64,000 nucleotides of DNA from Clostridia bacterium (GCA_045577075.1 JAZNHR010000003.1:853-64852); one strand, 5' to 3'; shown: positions 18,803 to 28,831, counted from the first letter of the stretch. Program-made: numbers and translations. The notes: a model not told the origin generated them from the letters alone.

Positions 18803-20221
18803 ATGTATAAAAGAGTTTTCACCCTTTTGCTTGCCGGGATTCTTTTGTTTTCCGTCCCTGTAGCTGCGGCACCCAGCGAATGGGCAAAGGCAGAAGTGGA
18901 TGCGGCAATCGTGCAAGGCATTGTGCCTGCAGGCATACAGGGCGAGTATCAAAAAGCAGTAACGCGGGAAGAATTCTGCGAGATGGCAATGCTGATTTGG
19001 TGCAAGCTTACGGGCGGCCAACTGCCCGAGGCAGAATCTGTGTTTACGGATACTGCCAATCCTTCTGTTGCCGCGGCAAAGAGCCTTGGTATTGTCAAGG
19101 GCGTGAGCGAAACCGAATTTGCGCCCTTCAATCCTGTTACAAGACAGGAAATGAGCGTCATGCTGAAAAATACGCTTGCAGTCTCCAAACCCGCTGTAGC
19201 CTTCCCCGAAACGTATCCCAACACGTTTCCTGACGGGGACAAAATTGCGGACTGGGCGATGGAAGCGGTGCAGTGCATGCATCTCTTTGCCGTAATGCTC
19301 GGTGATGAAAACGGGAACATAAATCCCCTGGGGAACACCACGAGAGAGCAGGCAATTTTGCTCGCCTATAGACTTCTTATGACCCAGGCAATGACTACGC
19401 TGGAATACGTGGAGAAGTTTCTGATGCCTCTAAACAGCAACACCCATGACAATATGCTCGGCGGTGCGTTTGTGGGCTGTACGGCAGATAAAAAGCAGTT
19501 TTATGTCGGGCAAGATGGTATTTATCAGGTCGGGAAGGAAGAACCCGTGGTAAGCGGCAAAGCCCACACCCTGGCCGTATTTAACGAAACGGTGTATTAT
19601 ATTGGCGAGGATGACGGCGTTTATATGCTGTCCTATGAAGACGGTGCTGTGCGCAAAGTCGTAAACGATAAGACGGACAGCTATTCCGCTTACGATGGTT
19701 TTATCTATTATCGAAATCTTTCCGATGGCGGGCGCCTTTACAAATGCAGTTTGGAAACAGGCGTTTCCGAAGCTATTACAGAAAAGGCAGCAGAGCTTTT
19801 GGAGATATCCCAAAACGGCAATTTCTTCTCTGACGGCGAGGCGATTTATAAGCTTGCTGATGACGGAAGCGCACAGCTGCTGTTTACGGGCAAAAACAAA
19901 AACCTTTGCGTAAAGGACGAGAAGATTTACTTTCTCAATACAAATGGCGTAATTTGCACTATTGACTTAAACGGTACAAATTACTGCGCCGTCGCGAGAA
20001 AGCAGGTTTCCCACTATAACTTTACCCGTGATTGCCTGATAGGCTTGGGGCTGGACGGCCGCGTATACAAAATTGCCTTTGATGGTAAATACACAATTTT
20101 ACTCGATGCCGGAACATACGTAAGTACTGTCACATATGATGATTATGTGTATGCACTGGATGCTGAAGGCGGCATTTATAAGTTTTCCAATAACGGTACA
20201 GAAAAAGCAAAGATATATTAG
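18803..20221 (+). CDS. S-layer-homology (SLH) domain protein with C-terminal DUF5050-like beta-propeller repeats
   Basis: signal peptide MYKRVFTLLLAGILLFSVPVAAA; SLH-like repeats; C-terminal repeated YY.G..DG.IYK motifs; AGGAGG RBS. Confidence 0.65.
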   Translation: MYKRVFTLLLAGILLFSVPVAAAPSEWAKAEVDAAIVQGIVPAGIQGEYQKAVTREEFCEMAMLIWCKLTGGQLPEAESVFTDTANPSVAAAKSLGIVKGVSETEFAPFNPVTRQEMSVMLKNTLAVSKPAVAFPETYPNTFPDGDKIADWAMEAVQCMHLFAVMLGDENGNINPLGNTTREQAILLAYRLLMTQAMTTLEYVEKFLMPLNSNTHDNMLGGAFVGCTADKKQFYVGQDGIYQVGKEEPVVSGKAHTLAVFNETVYYIGEDDGVYMLSYEDGAVRKVVNDKTDSYSAYDGFIYYRNLSDGGRLYKCSLETGVSEAITEKAAELLEISQNGNFFSDGEAIYKLADDGSAQLLFTGKNKNLCVKDEKIYFLNTNGVICTIDLNGTNYCAVARKQVSHYNFTRDCLIGLGLDGRVYKIAFDGKYTILLDAGTYVSTVTYDDYVYALDAEGGIYKFSNNGTEKAKIY

Positions 20222-20232
20222 GAGGAAAGACA

Positions 20233-21231
20233 ATGAAAAAGTACAAAATTGCAGTAGTAGGCGCAACCGGAATGGTAGGCAGAACTTTTTTGAAGGTTTT
20301 AGAGGAGTATAAACTGCCGGCAGAAAGCTATACCCTGTTTTCGTCCGCAAAATCTGCAGGAAGCAAGCTGAATTTTATGGGCGAGGAGCACACCGTTCGG
20401 GAGCTTACAGAAACCTCCTTTGATGAAGGCTTCGACATTGCCCTCTTTTCCGCAGGCGGCTCCACAAGCGAAAAGTTTGCTCCCATTGCCGCGGCGAAGG
20501 GATGCCTTGTTATCGATAACTCCAGCGCATGGCGCATGGACCCCGAAGTACCCCTTGTAGTACCGGAAGTAAATCCGGAAGATATTAAGAAGCATAAGGG
20601 CATTATTGCAAACCCCAACTGCTCCACCATTCAGGCAATGGTTGCCTTAAGACCGCTCCAGAAGGCATACGGCTTAAAGCGCGTTATCTATTCTACATAC
20701 CAGGCTGTTTCCGGCGCAGGCCGCGGCGGCTGGGACGATTTGGAGAACGGCTACAAAGGGGAAGCCCCGAAGAAGTTCACCTATCCCATTGCCGGCAACT
20801 GCATTCCGCATATCGATGTATTTTTAGATAACGGCTACACCAAAGAAGAAATGAAGATGGTCAACGAAACCCGAAAGATTTTGGGGGACGATTCTCTTCG
20901 CATCACCGCAACCACGGTACGCGTACCTGTATTTAACGGTCACAGCGAATCCATCAACGTAGAACTGGAAAAGCCGTTTGAGCTCTCTGAACTTGTAGAC
21001 GTTCTGAAGAACGCACCGGGCGTTGTGGTGGAAGATGATGTAAAGAACAACGTATACCCCATGCCGTTGCATGCCACAGGGCATGACGAAACATTTATCG
21101 GCCGTATTCGCCGCGATGAAAGTGTGGAAAACGGCGTAAACCTTTGGGTTGTTGCAGATAATATTCGCAAGGGTGCTGCGGCAAACGCCGTGCAGATTGC
21201 GAAGAAGTTTATTGAATTTGACAACGAATAA
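20233..21231 (+). CDS. asd: aspartate-semialdehyde dehydrogenase
   Basis: 332 aa; VGATGMVG N-term, active-site NCSTI. Confidence 0.92.
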   Translation: MKKYKIAVVGATGMVGRTFLKVLEEYKLPAESYTLFSSAKSAGSKLNFMGEEHTVRELTETSFDEGFDIALFSAGGSTSEKFAPIAAAKGCLVIDNSSAWRMDPEVPLVVPEVNPEDIKKHKGIIANPNCSTIQAMVALRPLQKAYGLKRVIYSTYQAVSGAGRGGWDDLENGYKGEAPKKFTYPIAGNCIPHIDVFLDNGYTKEEMKMVNETRKILGDDSLRITATTVRVPVFNGHSESINVELEKPFELSELVDVLKNAPGVVVEDDVKNNVYPMPLHATGHDETFIGRIRRDESVENGVNLWVVADNIRKGAAANAVQIAKKFIEFDNE

Positions 21232-21254
21232 GGATAGAGAGGAGAGCGCGCGTT

Positions 21255-22148
21255 ATGAAGAACCTGCCTTTTACAGGTAGTGGTGTTGCTATTGTAACAC
21301 CGTTTAAGAATGGAATGGTTGATTTTGATAAGCTCGGAGAGCTGATTGAATTTCATATTGCAAATGAAACGGATGCCATTATTGTTTGCGGCACTACGGG
21401 CGAATCGGCAACCATGCCGGATGCGGAGCACATTTCTGTTGTAGAATATTCTGTTCAGAAAGCAGCAGGCAGAATCCCCATTATTGCAGGTGCCGGCTCC
21501 AACGATACCCATCACGGTGTACAGCTTTCCAAGGAGATGGAGAAAGTAGGCGCAGATGCCTTGCTTTCCGTAACGCCCTATTATAATAAGGCGACCCAGA
21601 AGGGGCTGATTAAGCACTATACGGCGATTGCCGAGGCAGTCAATTTGCCGATTATTTTGTATAATGTTCCCTCCCGTACGGGCGTCAATATTCAGCCTGA
21701 AACGCTTTTGAAGCTTTCTGAGATTGAGAACATCGTAGGCGTCAAGGAAGCCGGTGGCAACATTTCGCAGGTTGCTAAAATTGCAGCACTTTGCGGTGAT
21801 AAAATTGCTGTGTATTCCGGGGATGACGATATGATTGTGCCCGTAATGTCCCTCGGCGGTGTCGGGGTAATTTCCGTAGTGGCAAACATTTTGCCGAAGG
21901 AAACCCATGATATTACCGCACGCTTCTTTGCAGGGGACATCCAAGGTGCAAGAGAGCTGCAGCTTAAGCTGTATGACTTTATTAAGGCACTCTTTATTGA
22001 AGTAAATCCCATTCCCGTAAAGACGGCGATGAACATGCTCGGATTTGACGTGGGCGAGCTTCGCATGCCCCTTTGTGAAATGGAAGACAAAAACATTGCG
22101 GTACTGCGTGCCGAAATGGAAAAACTGGGTCTCGAAATTAAAGCATAA
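21255..22148 (+). CDS. dapA: 4-hydroxy-tetrahydrodipicolinate synthase
   Basis: 297 aa; GTTGES, YNVPSRTG, Schiff-base Lys region. Confidence 0.92.
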   Translation: MKNLPFTGSGVAIVTPFKNGMVDFDKLGELIEFHIANETDAIIVCGTTGESATMPDAEHISVVEYSVQKAAGRIPIIAGAGSNDTHHGVQLSKEMEKVGADALLSVTPYYNKATQKGLIKHYTAIAEAVNLPIILYNVPSRTGVNIQPETLLKLSEIENIVGVKEAGGNISQVAKIAALCGDKIAVYSGDDDMIVPVMSLGGVGVISVVANILPKETHDITARFFAGDIQGARELQLKLYDFIKALFIEVNPIPVKTAMNMLGFDVGELRMPLCEMEDKNIAVLRAEMEKLGLEIKA

Positions 22149-22166
22149 AAAAGGAACGAAGTGCCA

Positions 22167-22928
22167 ATGATAAATATAATTATTAGCGGTGCAAACGGGA
22201 AAATGGGTAAAACGGTGGCAGGATTGCTTTCGACCATGCCTGATTTTACCGTTTGTGCCGGCGTGGACCTTTATACAAAGCCCTACGGCGAGTTTCCCAT
22301 TGTGGAACACCCCCGTCTTTTGCCCCCGGGCGGCGATGTCATTATTGACTTTTCCAATCCCGCGGCGCTACTTGACCTGTTGCCCTACGCAATGGAACAT
22401 AAAATCCCGGTGGTAGTCTGCACCACGGGTCTTGGAAACGAACATAAAAGCCTTATGGAAGCGGCGGCAAGAGAAATCCCTGTGTTTTTCTCTGCCAATA
22501 TGTCCCTTGGTATAAGCCTTTTGACGGAGCTTTGCAAAAAAGCGGTCAGTGTTTTGGGCGACGGATTTGACATTGAAATCATTGAAAAACACCATAACCG
22601 CAAGCTTGATGCCCCCAGTGGCACCGCCATGGCGATTGCGGAGGCAATCAGCGAAGCGGCAGAAGGCACAAAGGAATATGTGTATGACCGCCACAGCGTG
22701 CGCCGTCCCCGCGGCAAGCAGGAAGTCGGCATTCATGCCGTACGCGGCGGCACCATCGTCGGCGAACATACTGTGCTTTTTGCCGGACAAGACGAGGTTG
22801 TGGAAATCAAGCATAGCGCCGGAAGCCGAGATATTTTCGCTGTAGGCGCAATCCGCGCGGCGGCATTTTTAAAGGACAAGCCTTGCGGCATGTATGCTAT
22901 GCAGGATTTAGTGGCTTCCTTCGGATAA
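22167..22928 (+). CDS. dapB: 4-hydroxy-tetrahydrodipicolinate reductase
   Basis: NAD-binding GANGKMGK, E..HH.K motif (EIIEKHHNRKLDAPSGTA); ATG 22167 preferred over upstream GTG 22161. Confidence 0.9.
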   Translation: MINIIISGANGKMGKTVAGLLSTMPDFTVCAGVDLYTKPYGEFPIVEHPRLLPPGGDVIIDFSNPAALLDLLPYAMEHKIPVVVCTTGLGNEHKSLMEAAAREIPVFFSANMSLGISLLTELCKKAVSVLGDGFDIEIIEKHHNRKLDAPSGTAMAIAEAISEAAEGTKEYVYDRHSVRRPRGKQEVGIHAVRGGTIVGEHTVLFAGQDEVVEIKHSAGSRDIFAVGAIRAAAFLKDKPCGMYAMQDLVASFG

Positions 22929-22956
22929 AAAAACTTTGCGTGAAAAGAAAAAGTTC

Positions 22957-22985
22957 TTGCAATATTTTGCAATATCAGGTACAAT
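22957..22985 (+). promoter_or_regulatory. sigma-A-type promoter (TTGCAA-17-TACAAT) for efp
   Basis: consensus-like hexamers 35 nt upstream of efp ATG. Confidence 0.55.
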
Positions 22986-23020
22986 AGAAGTATAAAAACG
23001 GAAAGGAATGGAAACATAGG

Positions 23021-23578
23021 ATGATTAGTGCAGGAGATTTTAGAAACGGTATTACTTTCGAAATGGAAGGCAACGTTTTCCAGATTGTTGAATTTCAGCA
23101 TGTAAAACCCGGTAAGGGTGCAGCTTTCGTAAGAACGAAACTGAAGAATGTTATTAACGGCGGTGTGGTTGAAAAGACCTTCCGTCCCACAGACAAAATG
23201 CCCAAGGCACACATCGAAAGAAAAGATATGGAATATCTCTACAATGATGGGGAACTCTACTACTTCATGGATCAGGAAACCTACGAGCAGATGCCGCTGA
23301 ATGCAAGCCAGCTGGGTGACGCACTTCGTTTTGTAAAAGAAAATATGCTCGTAAAAATTCTGTCCTTTAAGGGCAACGTATTCGGCGTTGAGCCCCCGAA
23401 CTTTGTTGAACTCCAGGTTGCAGAAACCGAGCCCGGTGTAAAAGGCGATACGGCTACCGGTGCTACAAAGCCTGCAATTTTGGAAACCGGCGCGCAAATC
23501 AATGTGCCGTTGTTTATTGACCAGGGCGATATGATTCGTGTTGACACGCGTACAGGCGAATACATGGAGCGTGCATAA
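23021..23578 (+). CDS. efp: elongation factor P
   Basis: 185 aa; [15 protein letters not shown] (modified-Lys loop). Confidence 0.95.
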   Translation: MISAGDFRNGITFEMEGNVFQIVEFQHVKPGKGAAFVRTKLKNVINGGVVEKTFRPTDKMPKAHIERKDMEYLYNDGELYYFMDQETYEQMPLNASQLGDALRFVKENMLVKILSFKGNVFGVEPPNFVELQVAETEPGVKGDTATGATKPAILETGAQINVPLFIDQGDMIRVDTRTGEYMERA

Positions 23579-23604
23579 TATTTAAATTTAAAGGAGGAAC
23601 GAAA

Positions 23605-24030
23605 ATGGCAGCATTAGAAGAAAAAGTAGCATACCTGAAGGGTCTTTGCGAAGGCATGGACATCGATACAGACAAGGGAGAAGGCAAGCTGCTGGCAAAA
23701 ATCATTGAAGTGCTTGGCGACATTACGGAAGAAATTGCCCTTATAGGAGAAGACTATGAAGAACTGCAGGCACAGGTTGATGAAATTGATGAAGACCTTG
23801 GCTATGTAGAGGAAGACCTTTACGGCGACGATGATGACGAGGAAGACTGCGACTGTGGTTGCTGCGATTTTGACTGTGAGGATATCGTATGCCCGAACTG
23901 CGGTGAAGAAATTTACCTCGACAGTGAACTCTTGGATTTAGAAGATGATAATCTCGTCTGCCCCGCATGTGGTCATGAAATCGAGCTCGAATGCGATTGC
24001 TTCGGGGAAGATTTTGAAGACGAAGAATAA
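23605..24030 (+). CDS. highly acidic Cys-rich small protein (double zinc-ribbon-like; clostridial efp-neighbour family)
   Basis: 141 aa; pI very low, CDCGCC..C, CPNCG, CPACG motifs; AGGAGG RBS. Confidence 0.6.
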   Translation: MAALEEKVAYLKGLCEGMDIDTDKGEGKLLAKIIEVLGDITEEIALIGEDYEELQAQVDEIDEDLGYVEEDLYGDDDDEEDCDCGCCDFDCEDIVCPNCGEEIYLDSELLDLEDDNLVCPACGHEIELECDCFGEDFEDEE

Positions 24031-24041
24031 TTTGGTTTCCA

Positions 24042-24082
24042 AAAGGACGGAACACAAGTGCATCCGTCCTTTTGTGTTTTTT
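24042..24082 (+). terminator. intrinsic terminator after acidic protein gene
   Basis: AAAGGACGG..CCGTCCTTT stem then TGTGTTTTTT. Confidence 0.7.
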
Positions 24083-24439
24083 ATAGCAAGAAAATGATTC
24101 CCAAAGCGGGAAAAATAGTTTTGCGCAAAAGACTAATCTTGAAAAATTCCCAAAAAACGGAATTTTTTAAGATGGCTTTGTGCACTTTGTGCAATAGGCT
24201 TGAAAATCCAGAAATTTTTTATAATAAAAATGTAAAAAACTATTGCAATATATGGATACTTATGCTATAATAATAATACATTTTATGGTGAATGTGCATA
24301 ACGTATCATCAAAAATGACATACAATAGTGTGGTTTGCTGATTTTTTTTCATGCAAAACATACAAGAAAGCAGTATTGACCTGCGTCCGGGGCGATACGT
24401 TGTTGTGAAAATTAGCGGACAGAAAGGCTAGGATACAAA

Positions 24440-25318
24440 ATGACCAGACGACATCAGCGCTGGGGATGGATGTTTGTATCACCGTATCTCATTAGTTTAA
24501 CGGTTTTTTCGGTGATACCGCTTCTCGTCTCTCTCTATCTTGCGTTTACGCGCTATGACTTAGTAAATCCCGCAAGATGGGTTGGATTGCAAAACTTTGA
24601 AAGAACGGTTAAATCCCTGGACAATTGGAAGGCATTCCGCAACACATGGGTATATGCACTCTTTCTTGAGTCAATTAGCATTTCACTTGCATGTGTACTT
24701 GCGGTACTTCTGAACCAGAAAGTAAAGGGGCTTGGTCTGTTCCGCGTTATTTATTACATACCGATTTTAACGCCCTCTACCGCTGTTACCATTGTTTGGT
24801 CGCGTCTTTATAATCCAAAGAATGGTGCATTTAATGTGATTCTCGGCTTCCTTGGCCTTGGTCCCCTTATGTTTACCTACAGTCAGAATTGGCTGGAAGT
24901 TGTTATATCTGTAGCTATCATGGGTATCTGGAAAGGCGTTGGTGGCAGCACGGTTTACCTGATTGGTGCCTTGCAGGCTATCAGTGAAGACGTTTTGGAA
25001 GCGGCGGATATTGACGGCGCAAGCGCATCAAGAAAGTTCTTTAAGATTACGCTACCCCTTTTAACACCTACAATTTTCTATCTGATGATTACCGGTATCT
25101 CCGGTGCACTGCAGGCATTCGATGTATTCTATCTGCTCACGCAGGGTACGGGCAGTGACTTGCACGTTGTAAACTCTTTGGTGTATAAGATGATGTGGGG
25201 GTCGGCATCTGAAGTTGGTGGAGCCTCCGCCCTTGGCTGGGTAAGCTTTATCTTCATCGCGCTTATTACATATGCGCAGAAGAAATTTGAGAAAAAGTGG
25301 GTGCACTACGATGCCTAA
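24440..25318 (+). CDS. carbohydrate ABC transporter permease (MalF/CUT1-type)
   Basis: 292 aa, 6 TM, EAA-like loop (AADIDGASASRKFFKITLPL). Confidence 0.85.
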   Translation: MTRRHQRWGWMFVSPYLISLTVFSVIPLLVSLYLAFTRYDLVNPARWVGLQNFERTVKSLDNWKAFRNTWVYALFLESISISLACVLAVLLNQKVKGLGLFRVIYYIPILTPSTAVTIVWSRLYNPKNGAFNVILGFLGLGPLMFTYSQNWLEVVISVAIMGIWKGVGGSTVYLIGALQAISEDVLEAADIDGASASRKFFKITLPLLTPTIFYLMITGISGALQAFDVFYLLTQGTGSDLHVVNSLVYKMMWGSASEVGGASALGWVSFIFIALITYAQKKFEKKWVHYDA

Positions 25319-26201
25319 TACGATGACAAACAATTCAGCTCCTGCTGAGATTAAAATTAAAAAGCCTAATTTCTTCCATAAGCGCAGAAACTTTAGTCTT
25401 TGGGGCCTTTTATTCCTTTTGCTCGGTTCTGTTGTCATGATTTTCCCCTTTGTATTTGCCATCTCCGGCTCTTTGGCCGATAATGCAACGCAGATTTACA
25501 AAATGGAATGGTTTAAAGGCTGGAACTGGAACAACTATGCTCGTGTTATGATTGAAGCCGATTTTATTAAATACATCGGGAACACGCTTATCATTGCTGC
25601 CATTAACATTGTTGGTACAATTTTTTCGAACACCTTTATTGCGTTTGGCTTTGCCCGGTATAATTTCAAGGGGAACCAGCCGTTGTTCTTTGCAATGCTT
25701 TGCACCATGTTTCTGCCGGGTACCATCATGCAGGTTCCGTTGTTCGTTATGTTCAGCTCGGTGGGGGCATTGGATACCTTTATCCCGCTTACCATTGGCT
25801 CCTTCTTTGGTGCTGCCAATACCGTCTTTTTGATACGGCAATGCTTTTTGGGTATTCCGGGAGCACTTTATGAGGCGGCTATGATTGACGGCGCACATCC
25901 CCTTTATATCTGGTGGCGTATTTATGTTCCTTTGGCTCGCCCCTTTATTTTCACCATGTCGCTGGGCTGTTTCCGCTCTTGCTGGAATGACCTCTTCGGT
26001 CCGCTGATTTATATTACTTCCGACTCTAAGAGAACAATCTCTCTTGCACTTGCAAACTTTAGCACGAAGTACGAGGCGACGGGTGATATTCCGCTTCTTT
26101 TGGCAGCTGCAGTTATCGGTATGGTACCGACTGTTGTAATTTACATGTTTGTACAGAAGCAGTTTGTTGCAGGTATGGCTTCGGCTGCAGTTAAGGGCTA
26201 A
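25311..26201 (+). CDS. carbohydrate ABC transporter permease (MalG-type)
   Basis: EAAMIDGAHPLYIWWRIYVPLARP EAA motif; ATG 25311 overlaps upstream stop. Confidence 0.85.
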   Translation: MPNTMTNNSAPAEIKIKKPNFFHKRRNFSLWGLLFLLLGSVVMIFPFVFAISGSLADNATQIYKMEWFKGWNWNNYARVMIEADFIKYIGNTLIIAAINIVGTIFSNTFIAFGFARYNFKGNQPLFFAMLCTMFLPGTIMQVPLFVMFSSVGALDTFIPLTIGSFFGAANTVFLIRQCFLGIPGALYEAAMIDGAHPLYIWWRIYVPLARPFIFTMSLGCFRSCWNDLFGPLIYITSDSKRTISLALANFSTKYEATGDIPLLLAAAVIGMVPTVVIYMFVQKQFVAGMASAAVKG

Positions 26202-26218
26202 TTCAAAAAACTTTTCAA

Positions 26219-26252
26219 TAAGCCGTTACAGTTTGTAACGGCTTATTTTAAA
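26219..26252 (+). terminator. intrinsic terminator after ABC permease genes
   Basis: AAGCCGTTACA-GTTT-TGTAACGGCTT then ATTTTAAA. Confidence 0.7.
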
Positions 26253-26287
26253 CAGTAGCAATTTTTATAACGGAAAGGAAAACACAG

Positions 26288-28555
26288 ATGATTATGTGCG
26301 CCCGCTGCAACAAAAATGTAGCAGTGATGTTTGTGACAAAAATTGAAAATGGTGAAAAGAAGACCGAAGGGTTGTGCCTTTCCTGCGCCAAACAGCTTGG
26401 TCTTGATATGGGCCAGCTTGCCGGGAATATCGGCATAGAGCCTGAGGAATTTGAAAATATCAACGAGCAGGTTTTGCAAATGATGGAGGATGGCGGTTTC
26501 GAAGGCGAAGAAGACGGCGAAGGCGGAAATCTTTTTCGGGATTTACTCGGCTTTCTCGGCGGCAAAGAGGGTGAAGCACCTTCTGGCGACAAGGAAGAGA
26601 AAAAAGAGAAGAAGACGGATAAAAAAGAAGGAAAGAAAAAGAAACGAATTTTGGATACCTTCGGTACAAATTTGACGGCAAAGGCAAGAAACGGCGAGGT
26701 GGACCGCGTGATAGGCCGTGATGCGGAAATTACGCGCGTGATGGAAATTTTAAACCGCCGCACGAAAAACAATCCGTGTCTAATCGGCGAGCCGGGCGTC
26801 GGCAAAACGGCGATTGCGGAAGGGCTTGCCACCAGAATTGCAGAAGGCACAGTGCCGGCGAAGCTACAGGATAAAGAGGTTTTTCTTCTTGATTTTACAG
26901 CGATTGTGGCAGGGACTCAGTTTCGAGGGCAGTTTGAGGCACGGCTTAAAAGCATAGTTGAGGAAGTGAAAAAGCTCGGCAACGTGATTTTGGTCATAGA
27001 TGAGCTCCATAATATTGTTGGGGCAGGTGATGCAGAAGGTGCCATGAGTGCCGCCAATATTTTAAAGCCTTCTTTGGCAAGAGGCGAGATTCAGGTCATC
27101 GGTGCTACCACCACGGCGGAATACAGAAAGCACATTGAAAAGGACGCCGCTCTCGAACGGCGTTTTCAGCCCATTTTGGTAGAAGAGCCGAGCGTGGAGG
27201 AAACGATTTCGATTATCTCCGGCATAAAATCCTACTACGAGGACTACCATCAGGTAAAAATCGGCACTGACGTCATTCGTGCCGCCGCCGTTTTAAGTGA
27301 GCGCTATATTACAGACCGTTTTCTGCCGGATAAGGCTATTGACGTCATTGACGAAGCGGCGTCGAGAGCCAATCTTAAAAATATATATCTTGCACAGCTT
27401 GCACGTCTTCGCGCGGAACTTGCCAAAGTGCAGCTTTCAAAAGAAACTGCGGTCGGGTCAGATTCCATGGAGTCCTACGAGCTGGTTGCGGACCTTAAAA
27501 TGCGTGAGTGTCAGTTGGAAGAAAAAATCCGGGAAACGGAAGGAAAACTTTGTGACGTCCATTTATTTACAGAGGACGTTGCCCGTGTAATTGCAGGCTG
27601 GACGAAAATTCCCGTCGGGCAAATTACAAAAGAGGAAACAACGCGCCTTTTGGAACTGGAAGAAACGCTGAAAAAACGTGTTAAAGGGCAGGATGCGGCA
27701 ATCGAAGCGGTGGCAAGCGCCATGCGCCGCGGAAGAGCGGGATTATCTAAGGTAAGAAGACCGGTTTCCTTTATTTTCACAGGGTCTACGGGCGTGGGAA
27801 AAACAGAACTTGCCCGCGCACTCGCCGAGGCCATGTTTGACACAGAGGATGCGCTGATTCGGGTGGATATGTCTGAATTCATGGAAAAGCACGCCGTTTC
27901 CAAGCTGATCGGCTCACCCCCAGGGTACGTGGGGTATGACGATGCCGGGCAGCTGACGGAAAAAATTCGTCGCCGCCCTTACAGCGTCATTTTGCTTGAT
28001 GAAATTGAAAAGGCCCATGCCGATGTCCTCAATGTTTTCCTGCAAATTCTGGATGACGGCAGAATTACGGATAGCCACGGCAAGCTTGTCAGCTTTGAAA
28101 ATACCGTCATTATTATGACGTCTAATGCCGGCTCCGATTATAAGGGCACAGCCCCCGGATATACAACATCGCCCGTAGCTGCGGCAGCAGAAAAAACCGA
28201 GAAGGCACTTCGCACTTTCTTCCGGCCTGAATTTTTAAACCGCATTGATGAAATTGTTTGCTTTAAGCCTTTAGAAAAGCCGGTGCTTATGGAAATTCTC
28301 GACAAAATGCTGGACGAGTTTGCAGAAATGCTGGAAAACCGTGAAATCGGATTTTCCATAACGCCGAAGGCCAAAGAATTGTTACTTGAAAAGGGGCTAG
28401 ACGCCAAAAACGGGGCAAGACCCCTTCGTCGTGCAATTCAGAAGCACATCGAGGACAAGGCGGCAACGCTTCTCATTGCCGGAAATCTTTCTGCCGGGGA
28501 TACATTTTCGGTGCAGTGCCGTGGAAATGAACTCGTCTGCGAAAAGAAAAAATAA
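26288..28555 (+). CDS. clpE: ATP-dependent Clp protease ATP-binding subunit ClpE (ClpA/B family with N-terminal C4 zinc ribbon)
   Basis: 755 aa; MIMCARCN..LCLSCAKQ zinc ribbon, Lys/Glu-rich linker, two AAA modules (GEPGVGKTAIAEGLA; GSTGVGKTELARALA), ClpP-docking-like loop. Confidence 0.85.
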   Translation: MIMCARCNKNVAVMFVTKIENGEKKTEGLCLSCAKQLGLDMGQLAGNIGIEPEEFENINEQVLQMMEDGGFEGEEDGEGGNLFRDLLGFLGGKEGEAPSGDKEEKKEKKTDKKEGKKKKRILDTFGTNLTAKARNGEVDRVIGRDAEITRVMEILNRRTKNNPCLIGEPGVGKTAIAEGLATRIAEGTVPAKLQDKEVFLLDFTAIVAGTQFRGQFEARLKSIVEEVKKLGNVILVIDELHNIVGAGDAEGAMSAANILKPSLARGEIQVIGATTTAEYRKHIEKDAALERRFQPILVEEPSVEETISIISGIKSYYEDYHQVKIGTDVIRAAAVLSERYITDRFLPDKAIDVIDEAASRANLKNIYLAQLARLRAELAKVQLSKETAVGSDSMESYELVADLKMRECQLEEKIRETEGKLCDVHLFTEDVARVIAGWTKIPVGQITKEETTRLLELEETLKKRVKGQDAAIEAVASAMRRGRAGLSKVRRPVSFIFTGSTGVGKTELARALAEAMFDTEDALIRVDMSEFMEKHAVSKLIGSPPGYVGYDDAGQLTEKIRRRPYSVILLDEIEKAHADVLNVFLQILDDGRITDSHGKLVSFENTVIIMTSNAGSDYKGTAPGYTTSPVAAAAEKTEKALRTFFRPEFLNRIDEIVCFKPLEKPVLMEILDKMLDEFAEMLENREIGFSITPKAKELLLEKGLDAKNGARPLRRAIQKHIEDKAATLLIAGNLSAGDTFSVQCRGNELVCEKKK

Positions 28556-28645
28556 ATAATTTCGACGAAAATATGTAAAAACACTTGCCAAATGTACAAA
28601 AAAGTGATACAGTATACGAGAGTATATAAAGGAGGTGTATTGTAC

Positions 28646-28816
28646 ATGGCATATAAAATTACTGAAGACTGCATCAGCTGTGGCGCTTGCGAAGCTGAAT
28701 GTCCCGTATCCTGCATTTCCGCAGGCGATACTACATTCGTAATCGATGAAGATACTTGCATCGAATGCGGTAACTGTGCAAACGTTTGTCCTGTTTCCGC
28801 ACCCCAGCAGCAGTAA
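28646..28816 (+). CDS. 2x[4Fe-4S] ferredoxin
   Basis: 56 aa; CISCGACEAECP and CIECGNCANVCP; AGGAGG RBS. Confidence 0.9.
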   Translation: MAYKITEDCISCGACEAECPVSCISAGDTTFVIDEDTCIECGNCANVCPVSAPQQQ

Positions 28817-28831
28817 AAAGGGTGGGTATTC

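Noticed and set aside
20221-20233. Possible lysine riboswitch or T-box control of asd-dapA-dapB
   Set aside because: Only 11 nt separate the SLH gene stop from the asd start; no leader long enough for a riboswitch is present.
20940-22310. 456-aa minus-strand ORF spanning asd, dapA and dapB
   Set aside because: Antisense to three well-supported biosynthetic genes; composition is Cys/His/Asn-rich nonsense with no domain signature.
24058-24270. 70-aa ORF in the AT-rich gap upstream of the ABC permeases
   Set aside because: Begins inside the terminator hairpin, has no RBS and a low-complexity AT-driven sequence; more likely non-coding.
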